Positions 18,748 through 32,716 of a DNA stretch of 64,000 nt are shown one piece after another. Below the pieces are notes generated by a model. It had not been told where the DNA came from, did not search any database, and saw only the letters and a list, made by a program, of their open reading frames with translations. Source of the stretch: Candidatus Udaeobacter sp. Lineage in GTDB: Bacteria; Patescibacteriota; Patescibacteriia; Magasanikbacterales; GWA2-37-8. The position numbers and the translations under genes are program-made. The stretch covers positions 86,339-150,338 of the forward strand of contig DATION010000005.1 in assembly GCA_035473115.1 (NCBI GenBank), read 5' to 3'. How positions within the stretch are numbered: position 1 is the stretch's first letter; every line of letters starts with the position of its first letter.

Positions 18748-19986
18748 TTACTTCTGACTTTCCTGCAGTTCCGCGGCGTTGGAATACCAGAGCGCGATCT
18801 GCAGATCTTCCTCGTTCCTCGCCAACTCCGTATTGTGCGCAGCTGCGAGACGGAATTTACCACCATGCTTCTTCAGAACAGTGGCGGCCAGCTTTTCAGC
18901 CGCCGCTTTACCCAAGTCAGGATTGCTCTTCGTCAGCAGATCAATCATCTGCTGCAGATTTGCGCTCCGAGCTTCGGCTTCAACCTGCTCAGACTGAACC
19001 TGATGATCACACACCTCCTGAGCAGCTTTGGTCTTGGCCACGGCCGCGATCCAGGTTTGCGAACTGGACAGAAGCACCATGTTGTGCTTGGTGGGAAGTT
19101 TGCGCATCTCGGTCTTGAGATCATCGAACTCCGCTGGCGTAGAACGATCGCTGATCTGCTTACCCCAGGCCTTGATGAGTTGGTTAACGAGCTCAATATG
19201 ATGTTGCAACGCAACCCCATACTCGCGCAGGCCATCAGATTCGTTCCTGCGCATCTCACCTTGAACCCACTTGATCCAACTGATAAGCAATCCGCGGAGA
19301 GCGAGCGCATAACCCACACGCCTGAACACAAGGATAGGGAGCTTCTCCCCAATCTGCTTTTCGAGCACCACGACCGCTTCTGGAATCGCAGGCAATGCTG
19401 GCTTCTGAGCGGGCTTGGACGTTGGAGCAGTCGCAACAGCAACCTTCGTCTTGACAGGTTTATCTTTCTTGGTTGGTTCGGGCTGGACGAGAGCATGGTC
19501 CTGCCCACCGACGCGAGAGTCAATCCATTCCTTCAGATCATCGGCCGTTACAGGTCGTGAAGCGGCAACAGCCTGGCGGAATGCTGCTAACTTATCCTGC
19601 CTCTCGCGATCGGCACGCGCTTGAGCAGCCCGTGCCTCACGATCAGCTTGCTCCTGTGCGGCCTTCCGCTCAACAGCTTCCTTGGCGAGCTTCGCCTGCC
19701 GCCGATCCTGCTACGTCTGTCGGATCTCCTTCATGGATCCTTCGTCACCGAGAACATCTTCCACGGTGAGCGCTCCCACCATTTCCAGTCGAACCAACTC
19801 CTCCTGCGCCAACGCACGGAGTTCATCGGACGACGGTTCATCGGAGTTGCTCGCGGTCGGCTCCGGAGGAACCGAAACGAGCTTGGAGATCTCCGTAGCA
19901 GCCTCGCCTTCAACAGGCAGGTTGCCGCGGTTCTCGGTGGAGGAGGTGCCAGTGGTAACAAGCGAGAGAATAGAAACAGTCGTCAT
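18748..19986 (-). pseudogene. GC-rich ~412-codon coiled-coil gene interrupted by one in-frame TAG (19711-19713)
   Basis: ORFs 19711..20007 and 18748..19395 share a frame; manual translation of 19396-19710 shows no further stop. Confidence 0.7.
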
Positions 19987-20377
19987 GACGAGACCCTGCC
20001 TTTCCAATTAGCTGCTAAATAAGGCTCTTTTATCCCACTTCTGCAGAATGCAGACTAGGAGAACCTTCCGCCATTAAATATCAAATTAATGATATAAACT
20101 GGCTGAAAATCCTCTTAAAAATAACAGAATAATATATCATAAATTACACTCTATGTCAATGGTTATTTTTTTAACCAACCTCACAAAACTAAGTTGCCAC
20201 TAAAATCAAAGCTTCCGCCCCGCTGCGGCTAAGGGCGGATAGTAAACTGACACAAAAACAATCCGCTTGGGCGGGTTGTTTTTGGTCGTTAACTCGCCGC
20301 TTGAGCGGCATAATTAGCCAGACGGATTTCTCTGCTTGTGCAGATAAATCTCGTCGCTAATTAAAAAAAGACCATTG

Positions 20378-20485
20378 TCCTGGCGACGGCCTACTTTTGC
20401 ATTTCTGCTATCATCGGCGCTGAGAGGCTTAACTTCTGTGTTCGGGATGGGAACAGGTGTGACCCTCTCGCTCATGTCACCAAGA
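20378..20485 (-). rRNA. rrf: 5S rRNA (short, ~108 nt)
   Basis: CCCATCCCGAACAC...GTTAAG...GCCGATG...AGTAGG conserved blocks on the minus strand. Confidence 0.95.
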
Positions 20486-20604
20486 CAATGGTCTTTTTCT
20501 TTTTTAAATTTATATTTTTAACAACAATTTATAAAACAATAATAAGGTTCTGCTTATAAATTAGACGATAATTTATAAGTTCAAAGCACGTCTTAGTGCT
20601 TCTT

Positions 20605-23643
<3,039 letters not shown>

Positions 23644-24080
23644 CTAAAGCACTAAAAAGTGCTTCTCCCATTTGCGGATTTCCTATTAAGAATCCGCGGG
23701 ATTAATCGCGTTTGTGTAGTATTACCTACATACCCTATTATTGTTTATAAATTGTCAACGTACACGCGTTGCAACCTTTACTTTCATTTCAATCAAAGTG
23801 AGTCCCGAAGGAGAATCCCATTGGGAAAATCTGCCTTACGGTTCTCGCTTCGCCTGAAATGATTTTTATTTTATCACTTTATAAAACACAACGACCGCCT
23901 GCAAGCGGTCTCTCAAAACTGAGGATTTAACCACTCGGACTAACTGAGTAAAAATTTAATCTGTTTTATCATTTTGATATTTTAGAATAAAATTTATTTA
24001 CCCAGAGGTCCAAGCGATACTTTTTTTGTATTCTACTTGTGGACTTGGTTCGTAATTAAATTACGATTTTGCGTAGGAGC

Positions 24081-24108
24081 ATTATATCACTACCAAAAAT
24101 TTTGTCAA
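24081..24108 (-). promoter_or_regulatory. Promoter of the 23S-5S unit
   Basis: TTGACA-16 bp-TATAAT on the minus strand. Confidence 0.8.
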
Positions 24109-24139
24109 GAGCCAAAGGCAGGGATAAAATGGGGATAAA

Positions 24140-24421
24140 TCAGTCCTTAAAAACTACTACACAATTACCCTCTTTTACATCAATATCAGCAATGATATCT
24201 TTGAGCTCTTTTGTCTCAAATAAAGCCAAAACTACTTCTCTCATTTTACCCGCTCCGCCGCCATAAATCACCCGTACCATCTCTTTATCCGAATGGTAAT
24301 TTTCTAAAATAAATAATCTGACTTCATCTTCAATTTCATGAGGAAATTTGCCATGCAGATCCAGCTCTGGCATTTTTACACCCAGCTCAGCTGCAAATAT
24401 TTGTGATTCGGATTTTTCCAT
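24140..24421 (-). CDS. Small Smr-domain protein
   Basis: LDLHG...VIYGGG.G.MR...G..VV. Confidence 0.85.
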   Translation of the reverse strand: MEKSESQIFAAELGVKMPELDLHGKFPHEIEDEVRLFILENYHSDKEMVRVIYGGGAGKMREVVLALFETKELKDIIADIDVKEGNCVVVFKD

Positions 24422-24480
24422 ATTTACTCTAAAACTACTTTAGCTCTACAAGGATCATTAAGTTAGTTTTCTTAAGATAA

Positions 24481-25431
24481 TTATTTACCAAGCGCATGTT
24501 CAATTAATACTTTAGAAAACTTTTCCGGCTCATCATAATTAGGAAAATGAGCAGAATGTTCAAAAGTGATAAATTCTTTTTTCCTAGCTTGCAAATGATT
24601 ATAAAACTTAACTGCGATCTCATAAGGAGCGATAGCATCGTGCTTTCCATTGATAAAATGAACTGAAGCGTCAACTTTTTCTATAGTTTTAAATAAATTT
24701 AACATGTTAAATTCTGGCATTAAAGCATTCTGACAGAATTCCATCCCTCGGATTGTTTTTACAATATCTCCAATCTTATAAAATTTAGAGAAAAGCATAT
24801 TCTTGATTCCTGACAATAATAACTGAGCATAACTGAACCCAATTCTTATTCCTCCAAAATCGGTAAGAATTTTGGCTCGTTGTTGAAATCTCTTGCCGCC
24901 AATAATAGGGTTTTTCTTCAGATCTTCTATCTTTTTTATAATTTTCTTATTATTAACTTCTTTGGCTTTCTGCATAGCAAAGTCAAGAGCCAAAACATTG
25001 GCGGTCGGGATATCAATATCCAACCCTACAAGAAATAACTCGCTAAATAAACTACCTTGCTCAGCAGCCGCCATTAAGCTTACGGTAGCACCAACGGAAT
25101 ACCCAACAACAGTAGCGTCCTTTTTATTATATTTTTTTAAAAGATACTGCGTGCACGAAATAACATCTTTGGACAGCTGAGAAAAATTGATTGATTTGGG
25201 ATCAATCTGCTCGTTAAAAGACTTACCGCAACCGCGCTGATCCCAATAGGCTACTAAAAAATTGTTCTCTAGATGAAGCAATTTCTCCATTGTGTCAGCT
25301 TCTGGAATAATCGGTAACCCAGGGCCGGCTTGCACATGAATAAGCAAAGGAGCATCTGTACTTTTTCCACGAATAAGAACCCATTGCTCGCTACCGTTTA
25401 TATTTATTTTTTCTAAACTATTTATTTTCAT
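24481..25431 (-). CDS. Alpha/beta hydrolase (proline iminopeptidase-like)
   Basis: GPG, WDQRGCGKS, GYSVG nucleophile elbow, SAHFP. Confidence 0.85.
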   Translation of the reverse strand: MKINSLEKININGSEQWVLIRGKSTDAPLLIHVQAGPGLPIIPEADTMEKLLHLENNFLVAYWDQRGCGKSFNEQIDPKSINFSQLSKDVISCTQYLLKKYNKKDATVVGYSVGATVSLMAAAEQGSLFSELFLVGLDIDIPTANVLALDFAMQKAKEVNNKKIIKKIEDLKKNPIIGGKRFQQRAKILTDFGGIRIGFSYAQLLLSGIKNMLFSKFYKIGDIVKTIRGMEFCQNALMPEFNMLNLFKTIEKVDASVHFINGKHDAIAPYEIAVKFYNHLQARKKEFITFEHSAHFPNYDEPEKFSKVLIEHALGK

Positions 25432-25438
25432 ATGTTTG

Positions 25439-25522
25439 TGCCGCGGGAGAGACTCGAACTCTCATTCTCTTGCGAGAACCAGCTCCTAAGGCTGGCGTGT
25501 CTACCAATTTCACCACCGCGGC
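25439..25522 (-). tRNA. tRNA-Leu(TAG)
   Basis: GCCGCGG acceptor, loop CT-TAG-GA, long variable arm. Confidence 0.95.
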
Positions 25523-25692
25523 AACTTGTCCGTCATAGTTCGCTCAAACGAACGGAGACAGGATGCGCATATTTAAACATAAACTAAACAAAAAATCAAC
25601 CCTGTACTAGATCCGCACGGCGGCTCAGCACAGGGCAAGCCCCGAAACAAATAAAGACTCCTGTATTAGGAGTCTTTATTCTAAAATATATT

Positions 25693-27888
25693 TTATCTAT
25701 CTCTTCCACCATGTCCGCGATGAGGCGGGCGTGATCCGCGTTCAAAAGCCGGTTGATCGACAAAGCCTTCTGGTTTTGGCAATAACTGTTTCATGCTCAA
25801 ACTAATTCGGTTCATGCTATCAATTTCTTTCACAATTACTTTTACTTTATCACCCAGACGCATGACATCACTTGGTTTGTTGGTTCTGCTCCAAGCGATT
25901 TCACTCACATGCACCAAGCCGTCTTGGCCAGGAAGCACATTTACAAAAGCGCCAAAGTCTTCTAAACGAACAACTGTGCCATCAAAAACTTCTCCCGCTT
26001 TAACTTCGCGAGTTAAATCCTTTACCCACTGTACAGCTTTTTCCATGCCAGCAGCGTCGGTGGAAGTAACAAATACTCGGCCATCATCTTCAATATCAAT
26101 TGAAACTCCGGTTTCGGCAATAATTTTGTTGATCATCTTGCCTCCCGGACCAATAACATCACGGATCTTTTCCGGATTAATATTGATAGTAATAATGCGA
26201 GGAGCATACTGGGAAAGATCAGCGCGAGGAGCAGCAATTATCTGGCTCATAAAATCCAAAATTTTATGACGCGCTTCTTTGGATTGAGCAAAAGTTTGTT
26301 TAACTATTTCCCAGCTCAAGCCGTGAGTTTTGGTATCCATCTGAATTGCGGTAACACCGTCGCGAGTACCGGCAATCTTGAAATCCATTCCGCCCGGGCC
26401 ATCTTCGACATCTTGCAAGTCAGTAATAACTTTCCAATTGCCTTTATTATCACTGGCCAAACCCATCGCAATTCCAGCGACCGGTTTTTTAATTGGCACA
26501 CCAGCATCCATTAAAGAAAGGGTTGAGCCGCAAACTGAAGCCATAGAACTTGAACCATTGGAACCCAAAACTTCGGAAACTACGCGCATTGCATAAGGGA
26601 ATTCAGTTTCAGCTGGTAGCATTGGTTCTAAAGCGCGTTCAGCCAAAGCGCCGTGGCCAATAGCTCGATTGCCTGGTCCGCGCAGCGGGCCAGTTTCGCC
26701 ATAAGTAGCTGGGGTATCGCTATAATGATGCATGTAGCGTTTAGTACCTTCTTCTTCCATGGTGTCTAAGGTCTGCACATCACCCGGAGCTCCTAAAGTA
26801 ACAACTGATAACACTTGGGTATCACCGCGCATAAACATAGCTGTCCCATGAGTGCGAGGCAGTAAGCCAACTTCACCGCTGAGCGGACGAATGTCAGTAA
26901 TAGCGCGACCATCTAAACGTTGATTATGTTTAATAATCCGTTCGGTAATATATTTTTCTACATAAATTTTAACTCGGCCCAAAACAATCTTGGCAATTTT
27001 TTCATCAACTTCTTTAGCTTTTAGCATTTCAGCAATGGCTTCGCTAAACTTATCTACTAAAGCCACACGTTCACGGCGATCAATTTTTGGAGAATTAAAA
27101 ATCCAATCTTCCACATGGCTGGCAACCAGTTCAACGGCTTCTTGCTCAACTTTCTGCAATTCCATTTCTTTTTCATCTTCGGTTGCAGATAAATTTGATT
27201 TTGTTTGACCAACTTCTTTTTGAATTTTATTTATAAAATCCAAAACCGGAGCCATTGCTTTAGCGCCAAACTGCATAGCTTCGATAACCTTGTCTTCCGG
27301 AGTTTCTTTACAGCCAGCTTCCACCATAATTACTTTTTCCGGAGTGCCGGCCACGACAATATCTACATTGCTAGTTAATCTTTCGGCAATAGTGGTGTTT
27401 ATTTTCCACTGGCCGTTTACCTCGCCAACCCGCACGCCAGCAATCGGCCCTTCCCAAGGAATAGAAGAAATTGTTAGGGCAATCGAAGCGGCGATCATGG
27501 CTGGAATTTGCGAATCAACTTCACCGTCAAAAGAAAGCGCAGTTAAAATAACCTGCACATCATTACGCAGACTTTCAGCAAACAACGGACGAATAGCGCG
27601 ATCTACCAAACGACCAGACAAAATTGCTTCATCGCTCGGACGGCCTTCACGCTTAATAAAGCGACTGCCTTTTATTTTTCCGGCGGCGTAAAGTTTTTCT
27701 TCAAAATTTACCATTAACGGCAAAAAATCTATGCCGTCGCGAGTATTCTTGCTAATGGTGGCTGTAGCCAACAACACAGTGTCGCCATAACGCACTGTAC
27801 AAGAAGAATTAGCTTGCAAAGCAAGCTTGCCGACTTCCACAGACAAGGTTCTTCCTCCCCATTCCATGGACCAATTTTTTACTGCCAT
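25693..27888 (-). CDS. pnp: Polyribonucleotide nucleotidyltransferase (PNPase)
   Basis: Two RNase PH domains, SNGSSSMAS, GMDFKIAGT, KH (IGPGG) and S1 domains. Confidence 0.98.
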   Translation of the reverse strand: MAVKNWSMEWGGRTLSVEVGKLALQANSSCTVRYGDTVLLATATISKNTRDGIDFLPLMVNFEEKLYAAGKIKGSRFIKREGRPSDEAILSGRLVDRAIRPLFAESLRNDVQVILTALSFDGEVDSQIPAMIAASIALTISSIPWEGPIAGVRVGEVNGQWKINTTIAERLTSNVDIVVAGTPEKVIMVEAGCKETPEDKVIEAMQFGAKAMAPVLDFINKIQKEVGQTKSNLSATEDEKEMELQKVEQEAVELVASHVEDWIFNSPKIDRRERVALVDKFSEAIAEMLKAKEVDEKIAKIVLGRVKIYVEKYITERIIKHNQRLDGRAITDIRPLSGEVGLLPRTHGTAMFMRGDTQVLSVVTLGAPGDVQTLDTMEEEGTKRYMHHYSDTPATYGETGPLRGPGNRAIGHGALAERALEPMLPAETEFPYAMRVVSEVLGSNGSSSMASVCGSTLSLMDAGVPIKKPVAGIAMGLASDNKGNWKVITDLQDVEDGPGGMDFKIAGTRDGVTAIQMDTKTHGLSWEIVKQTFAQSKEARHKILDFMSQIIAAPRADLSQYAPRIITININPEKIRDVIGPGGKMINKIIAETGVSIDIEDDGRVFVTSTDAAGMEKAVQWVKDLTREVKAGEVFDGTVVRLEDFGAFVNVLPGQDGLVHVSEIAWSRTNKPSDVMRLGDKVKVIVKEIDSMNRISLSMKQLLPKPEGFVDQPAFERGSRPPHRGHGGRDR

Positions 27889-28000
27889 ATATTTTTTCCC
27901 CAAAGGGGGGTCCCTTGGGACTTTCTGAAGATGATTTGAGAGCTACAGACCAATATGGTCTATGTGTCCTCAAACCAACTTCTTTAAATAATTAATTTTA

Positions 28001-28612
28001 TTATACTATTTTCTTTGGCAACGGATTCTGTTTTGCCGGTAAATTTGGTTTAGGTGGATAAACTTTTTTATTCGCCACATAACGCTTATCGGCAATCAAA
28101 AACTTTCCTTTTTCTTGACCTAGATCGATAAAATCATCAGCTGCATCTATTAATTTCCCCGAAGTTGTACCGCCAAAAGCAGCCACTTCCACTTGTTTGC
28201 CTTGCGCTCTTAGATACTCAACTAATGGCACATAGTCGCCATCACCGCTAACTAAAACTATGGCATCCAAACTTGGAGAAAAACGAATCGCATCTACTGC
28301 CAAACCAACATCCCAATCGGCCTTTTTTTCACCGCCCAAAAATATCTGCAGCGGCTTATCTTTTGTCTCAATACCTACATTATATAAGGCATCAAAAAAA
28401 GGTTGCTCTTCTTTGCTTTCAGTGCTGACAACATAGGCAATAGCTCGGATAAGCTTTCTGCCTGCGATTGCTTCTTTTACGATGTTACCGAAGTTTACTT
28501 TAGCGCCAAACAAATTTTTGGCGCTATAATACATGTTCTGAACGTCAATAAATACTCCGACCCTTTGGTCAGGATGTTTGAGAGAGTTTCTTTTTTTATT
28601 AAGCTGATTCAT
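28001..28612 (-). CDS. NYN domain protein (LabA/DUF88)
   Basis: [20 protein letters not shown] and SGDGDY motifs. Confidence 0.9.
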   Translation of the reverse strand: MNQLNKKRNSLKHPDQRVGVFIDVQNMYYSAKNLFGAKVNFGNIVKEAIAGRKLIRAIAYVVSTESKEEQPFFDALYNVGIETKDKPLQIFLGGEKKADWDVGLAVDAIRFSPSLDAIVLVSGDGDYVPLVEYLRAQGKQVEVAAFGGTTSGKLIDAADDFIDLGQEKGKFLIADKRYVANKKVYPPKPNLPAKQNPLPKKIV

Positions 28613-28961
28613 GTTTATTGCCAATTAAGTCTATCTCATCTACCAGTTCTTCTTCCAAATCAACATGTGAGCCATCTGGTTTAGTAATAACCTTAGCTGG
28701 TTTAATCTTAAGTTTTTTTACCAAATCTTCATAGCTTTCTGGATTTTCTTTCTTCAAATAACGCATTAAGTTGCGGCGGCTGCTTACCTTGTGCAATAAA
28801 CCACGGCGAGAAGAATGGTCTTTAGGATGAATTTTTAAATGACCGGCCAGTTCTTCGATTTCGGCTACCAAAATAGCGATCTGGACTTCGTTTGAACCGG
28901 TGTCGCCTTCATGAGTCTGAAACTTCTTAATTATCTGCTGCTTCTTTTTTTTGTCTAACAT
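28599..28961 (-). CDS. rpsO: 30S ribosomal protein S15 with acidic C-terminal extension
   Basis: [10 protein letters not shown]...[11 protein letters not shown]. Confidence 0.97.
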   Translation of the reverse strand: MLDKKKKQQIIKKFQTHEGDTGSNEVQIAILVAEIEELAGHLKIHPKDHSSRRGLLHKVSSRRNLMRYLKKENPESYEDLVKKLKIKPAKVITKPDGSHVDLEEELVDEIDLIGNKHESA

Positions 28962-29120
28962 ACAAATTTTGTTTAACGAGCTGGCCAAGAGTATGCTTTT
29001 GGCAGTCCGCCCCCGCTTAGCGGGGTTGATGAATAATATTAAGAACTATAATGGAAAACAGTAAAAATGTCAACCCCTTATCTGCCTTTTGTAAGCTAAC
29101 CAATCGTTAGTTATCGCAAT

Positions 29121-29474
29121 TTATTTTACTAATCTGCCAAAAATAAAAGCCGTCAAACCATAAGAAACCGAGACTAAAATAAACCCGATAATAGCGGCGT
29201 ACATAGCTTCTTTGGCTTTGGAAACAAATTCTTCATTGCCTCGGGCAGTCATCCAACGTAATCCGGCATAAAGAATAATAACCAAAAAAACTAAACCAGC
29301 AATAGACAAGACTATGCTGATGATAGAGCCAATAACTGAATAAATATTGGTATTACTACTATACTGAGCCTTACGAGCAGTATCTTCCAAACCAAAAGTT
29401 TGCGCCCTCACCGGACTTACTGCCATTAATAAAATGGCGAACATTATGGCTGATAAAGCAAACTTTTTAAGCAT
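29121..29474 (-). CDS. VirB2/TrbC-like pilin family protein
   Basis: Signal peptide and YAG..WMTARG.EE...KAK....AIIG motif. Confidence 0.8.
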   Translation of the reverse strand: MLKKFALSAIMFAILLMAVSPVRAQTFGLEDTARKAQYSSNTNIYSVIGSIISIVLSIAGLVFLVIILYAGLRWMTARGNEEFVSKAKEAMYAAIIGFILVSVSYGLTAFIFGRLVK

Positions 29475-29582
29475 AATCTTATGAATAATATGTTAAATAT
29501 CATAGCACACCTTGATTAATCTGTAAAAATAATGTATGCTATTTGTGCTATACTAAAGTTTCTATAACTAATACTAATTGAA

Positions 29583-29654
29583 GACTCCATCGTTTAATGG
29601 ATAGGACACTAGCCTTCTAAGCTGGATGTGTAGGTTCGATTCCTACTGGGGTCA
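29583..29654 (+). tRNA. tRNA-Arg(TCT)
   Basis: GACTCCA/TGGGGTC acceptor, loop CT-TCT-AA. Confidence 0.95.
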
Positions 29655-29694
29655 CAGAGCTTCGCTAAGGCTACGCCCTGCAAGCTAAATACAT

Positions 29695-29767
29695 GGTGGC
29701 CATGGTATAACGGTTATTACGTGAGATTGTGGATCTCGCAACATGGGTTCAACTCCCATTGGCCACC
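29695..29767 (+). tRNA. tRNA-His(GTG)
   Basis: G-1:C73 pair, loop TT-GTG-GA. Confidence 0.93.
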
Positions 29768-29811
29768 CAAAAGTTGTTTTTTATAAACAACAAACACTCA
29801 TCTTATCAGGT

Positions 29812-30555
29812 ATGAAACTATCCTTTGCTATACCCGCATATAATGAAGCAGGAACTATTGGCAAATGTCTAGACTCAATACTTAACGAAGTAAAAAAAAA
29901 TTCATACATGGATAATGTTGAAATTATTGTAGTTGATAACGCTTCAACGGATAATACGGCAGAAATTGCAAAAAAATACCCGGGTGTAAAAGTTGTGCCT
30001 GAGCCGCGCAAAGGACTATGTTTTGCCAGACAACAAGGTTACCAGTCATCTACCGGAGATATGATTGCTAACGTAGATGCCGACTCAGTTCTTTCACCAG
30101 GTTGGATCAATAAAGTTTTTGCAGAATTTTCTAAAGATGAAAAACTGGTGGCTTTAAGTGGTCCGGTAATTTATTATGACCTTGGCACGTTTGACAACTT
30201 ACTTACTTCTATTTTTTTACACTTAGGATTTGTTTTACACCTTATCAACCATCACATTCTTCGCAGAGGCTCTATGCTGCAAGGAGGAAATTTTATCTTG
30301 CGTAAAAGCGCTTTGGAAAAAGCCGGCGGCTTTGATCTATCGGTTGATTTTTATGGAGAAGATACAAATATCGCGCGCCGAATCTCTCCTCTGGGCAAAG
30401 TAAAATTTACTTTTCAACTGCCAATTTATACTTCCGGAAGACGATTGCGAGCCGAGGGAGTAATTATGACTGGCGCGCGCTACGCCATCAATCATATTTG
30501 GATACTTATTTTTAATAAACCGTTTACAAAAAAATACCAAGACATTAGGTACTAG
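29812..30555 (+). CDS. Glycosyltransferase family 2
   Basis: IPAYNE, VDNASTD, DAD and GED motifs. Confidence 0.92.
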   Translation: MKLSFAIPAYNEAGTIGKCLDSILNEVKKNSYMDNVEIIVVDNASTDNTAEIAKKYPGVKVVPEPRKGLCFARQQGYQSSTGDMIANVDADSVLSPGWINKVFAEFSKDEKLVALSGPVIYYDLGTFDNLLTSIFLHLGFVLHLINHHILRRGSMLQGGNFILRKSALEKAGGFDLSVDFYGEDTNIARRISPLGKVKFTFQLPIYTSGRRLRAEGVIMTGARYAINHIWILIFNKPFTKKYQDIRY

Positions 30556-30607
30556 ATTATAAAAACTTTTTCTAAATTATCTGGTCACGTTTGCAGAAGC
30601 GCTAGAA

Positions 30608-31036
30608 CTAAATGGATCCGGCAGAAGAATTTTTGGTAGTAGCTGAAATTAAAACAGTAATTACGTAAGTTGTTAAAGCGTAAGCGGACAGAATAATTGC
30701 CAAACCAATAACTCCGTTGGTTAACAAGCTTTTGGCTGTGCTTATCTTATCCTCTTCACCGCCGGCAGTCATCCATAAAAATCCGGCATACAAAGCCATT
30801 ACAAAAAATATTATCCCCACAAAACCTAAAGCAAACCGGATAACTGTCGCTACCATTAAACGTATATCTTTTGAGTTTGCGTTTGAAGTGTTAACACCGG
30901 CGGCATTACCGGCTGTTCTTAACTGATCTAAGGCTTCTTGCTGAACGCTAGACGTAGCCGCTACAGCATAATCACTAAAAACAAAACCAACAGTAAGCAG
31001 TAGTAGTGAAAAAAAAGTTATAAATATTTTTTGCAT
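30608..31036 (-). CDS. VirB2/TrbC-like pilin family protein
   Basis: YAGFLWMTAGGEEDKISTAK motif. Confidence 0.8.
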   Translation of the reverse strand: MQKIFITFFSLLLLTVGFVFSDYAVAATSSVQQEALDQLRTAGNAAGVNTSNANSKDIRLMVATVIRFALGFVGIIFFVMALYAGFLWMTAGGEEDKISTAKSLLTNGVIGLAIILSAYALTTYVITVLISATTKNSSAGSI

Positions 31037-31042
31037 AAAAAA

Positions 31043-31417
31043 TTAAGAAGTAAGCTCAAATGATTTTGATAGAACAAAATAGGTAATGCTATAAGCTGAC
31101 AAAATAATAATTAAACCGATTACCGCAGTCTTTAAAATTCCCATTGCTTTTTCGATATTTTCTTCATTGCCGCCGGCTGTCATCCACAAAGCTCCGGCAT
31201 AGACAGTTAAAGCCAAAAATACTACTCCCAAAGTTCCTAAAATTACTTTGATAAACTTACCAACTGTTTCGGAAAAAGTATTGCTGCCGACAGCTGTTGT
31301 TGAATAACCGCTTTTTTTGGCAATATCTTGAGATAAGTCAGTTTGGGCGTAAATATTTGCAGCCGGAGATAATAATACACCAAACGACACTGCCAGTATA
31401 ATTAAAAATTTTTTCAT
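31043..31417 (-). CDS. VirB2/TrbC-like pilin family protein
   Basis: YAGALWMTAGGNEE motif; ATG at 31417 preferred. Confidence 0.8.
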   Translation of the reverse strand: MKKFLIILAVSFGVLLSPAANIYAQTDLSQDIAKKSGYSTTAVGSNTFSETVGKFIKVILGTLGVVFLALTVYAGALWMTAGGNEENIEKAMGILKTAVIGLIIILSAYSITYFVLSKSFELTS

Positions 31418-31428
31418 ACAAAACTTTT

Positions 31429-31941
31429 TTAGCATGATGTTAGTGTCCAGACTTCTTGAAAACCGGTGCAATCGGACTGAACACTAGGGATATTTTGACC
31501 GCTGGAAGCATTATGACAGCAGCCAAGATTAGCAGTGTTTACTGGCGGAACATTATTACTTTGCTGATTTGTGCCGGCCACCGCTCCTAATTTAGTAGTT
31601 ACGAAATAAGTGATGGCATAAGCAGACATAATAATAACCAAACCGATAATAGATGCTTTTATAATCTCTTTAGCTTTTTCTACGGGTTCTTCAGCTCCTT
31701 GCGCCGTCATCCACATCACTCCGGCATAGATAGTTAGAACTAAAAATATTGTACCCACCAAAGCTAAAATAGTTTTTATTACGGTAGCGATAGCACTCCC
31801 TAAATCACTTGAAAGCCCAGTTTTGCTTGGGTCAGCGACTTTATTTAAAATTTTACCGGCATCTTTTAATCCCTGAGCCGAAACAAACACCGGGGTCATT
31901 AAAGCCAAAGCTATACTTACAAGAACTATTTTTTTAAACAT
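31429..31941 (-). CDS. VirB2/TrbC-like pilin with Cys-rich C-terminal tail
   Basis: YAGVMWMTAQG motif and GCCH...C...C tail. Confidence 0.8.
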   Translation of the reverse strand: MFKKIVLVSIALALMTPVFVSAQGLKDAGKILNKVADPSKTGLSSDLGSAIATVIKTILALVGTIFLVLTIYAGVMWMTAQGAEEPVEKAKEIIKASIIGLVIIMSAYAITYFVTTKLGAVAGTNQQSNNVPPVNTANLGCCHNASSGQNIPSVQSDCTGFQEVWTLTSC

Positions 31942-31974
31942 ATTTTATTTTCAAAAATTTATTTTAAGCTTAGC

Positions 31975-32502
31975 TTAAGGCACACAACATTGAATATTGG
32001 CTGCTCCCGGACAAGCACCAGGTATGTAGCCGCCTGCTCCAGAACAAGCTATGCTTGTATCCTGACAGACACCGCCGAGATCGGTAATACATCTATTTGA
32101 GCTTCCGGAAGAACTGGTAGAGCCGCTGCTAGTAACCTGGGTAAGACTACTAAAGACAAAGCTAGAAATAGCATAAGCGGCTAAAACAATTGCTAATCCG
32201 ATAGCCGCATGTAATAAAATATCTTTAGCTTTTTCTGCTTTATCGGAAACTCCAAAGGCAGTCATCCATAAAAATCCAGCATACAGAACCAAGATAAAAA
32301 ATATACCGCCCACAAAAGAAAGTGCCACACCAACAACATTTCCGATAAGTTCCGGAATTGTGACTGCCGGAGTTGACTTTGTATTTATTAAATTTGTACC
32401 TTGAGCGGCATCTTTTAAGCCAAAATCTTCGGCCAAAACTAAATGAGGAAGAGTTACTCCTAGTATTGCCAAAATTATAAATACTTTTTTTAATGCCCTC
32501 AT
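31975..32502 (-). CDS. VirB2/TrbC-like pilin with 6-Cys C-terminal module
   Basis: YAGFLWMTA motif and C..LGG.C...C......CPG....CC tail. Confidence 0.8.
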   Translation of the reverse strand: MRALKKVFIILAILGVTLPHLVLAEDFGLKDAAQGTNLINTKSTPAVTIPELIGNVVGVALSFVGGIFFILVLYAGFLWMTAFGVSDKAEKAKDILLHAAIGLAIVLAAYAISSFVFSSLTQVTSSGSTSSSGSSNRCITDLGGVCQDTSIACSGAGGYIPGACPGAANIQCCVP

Positions 32503-32716
32503 AAATAATGAAGTATTTTATCTTGCCTTTCTGAGCATAGTTGAGGAACTCTTTTTTAAACCGCTAAATAATTAAAAAGTTTCTCTACTTTGATCATAAT
32601 GACAGACGCCGTTTTATACTGTATTTAAACAGGGAATTACGCGCTTGTTTATCATGATATTGTCGACAAAACAAGCGCGCTGTTCTTTATAAAACAAATC
32701 CCCTGCTTTAATTTGA

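Noticed and set aside
18696-20022. Many overlapping ORFs in the GC-rich islet
   Set aside because: Shadow frames caused by high GC; one minus-strand frame explains the region
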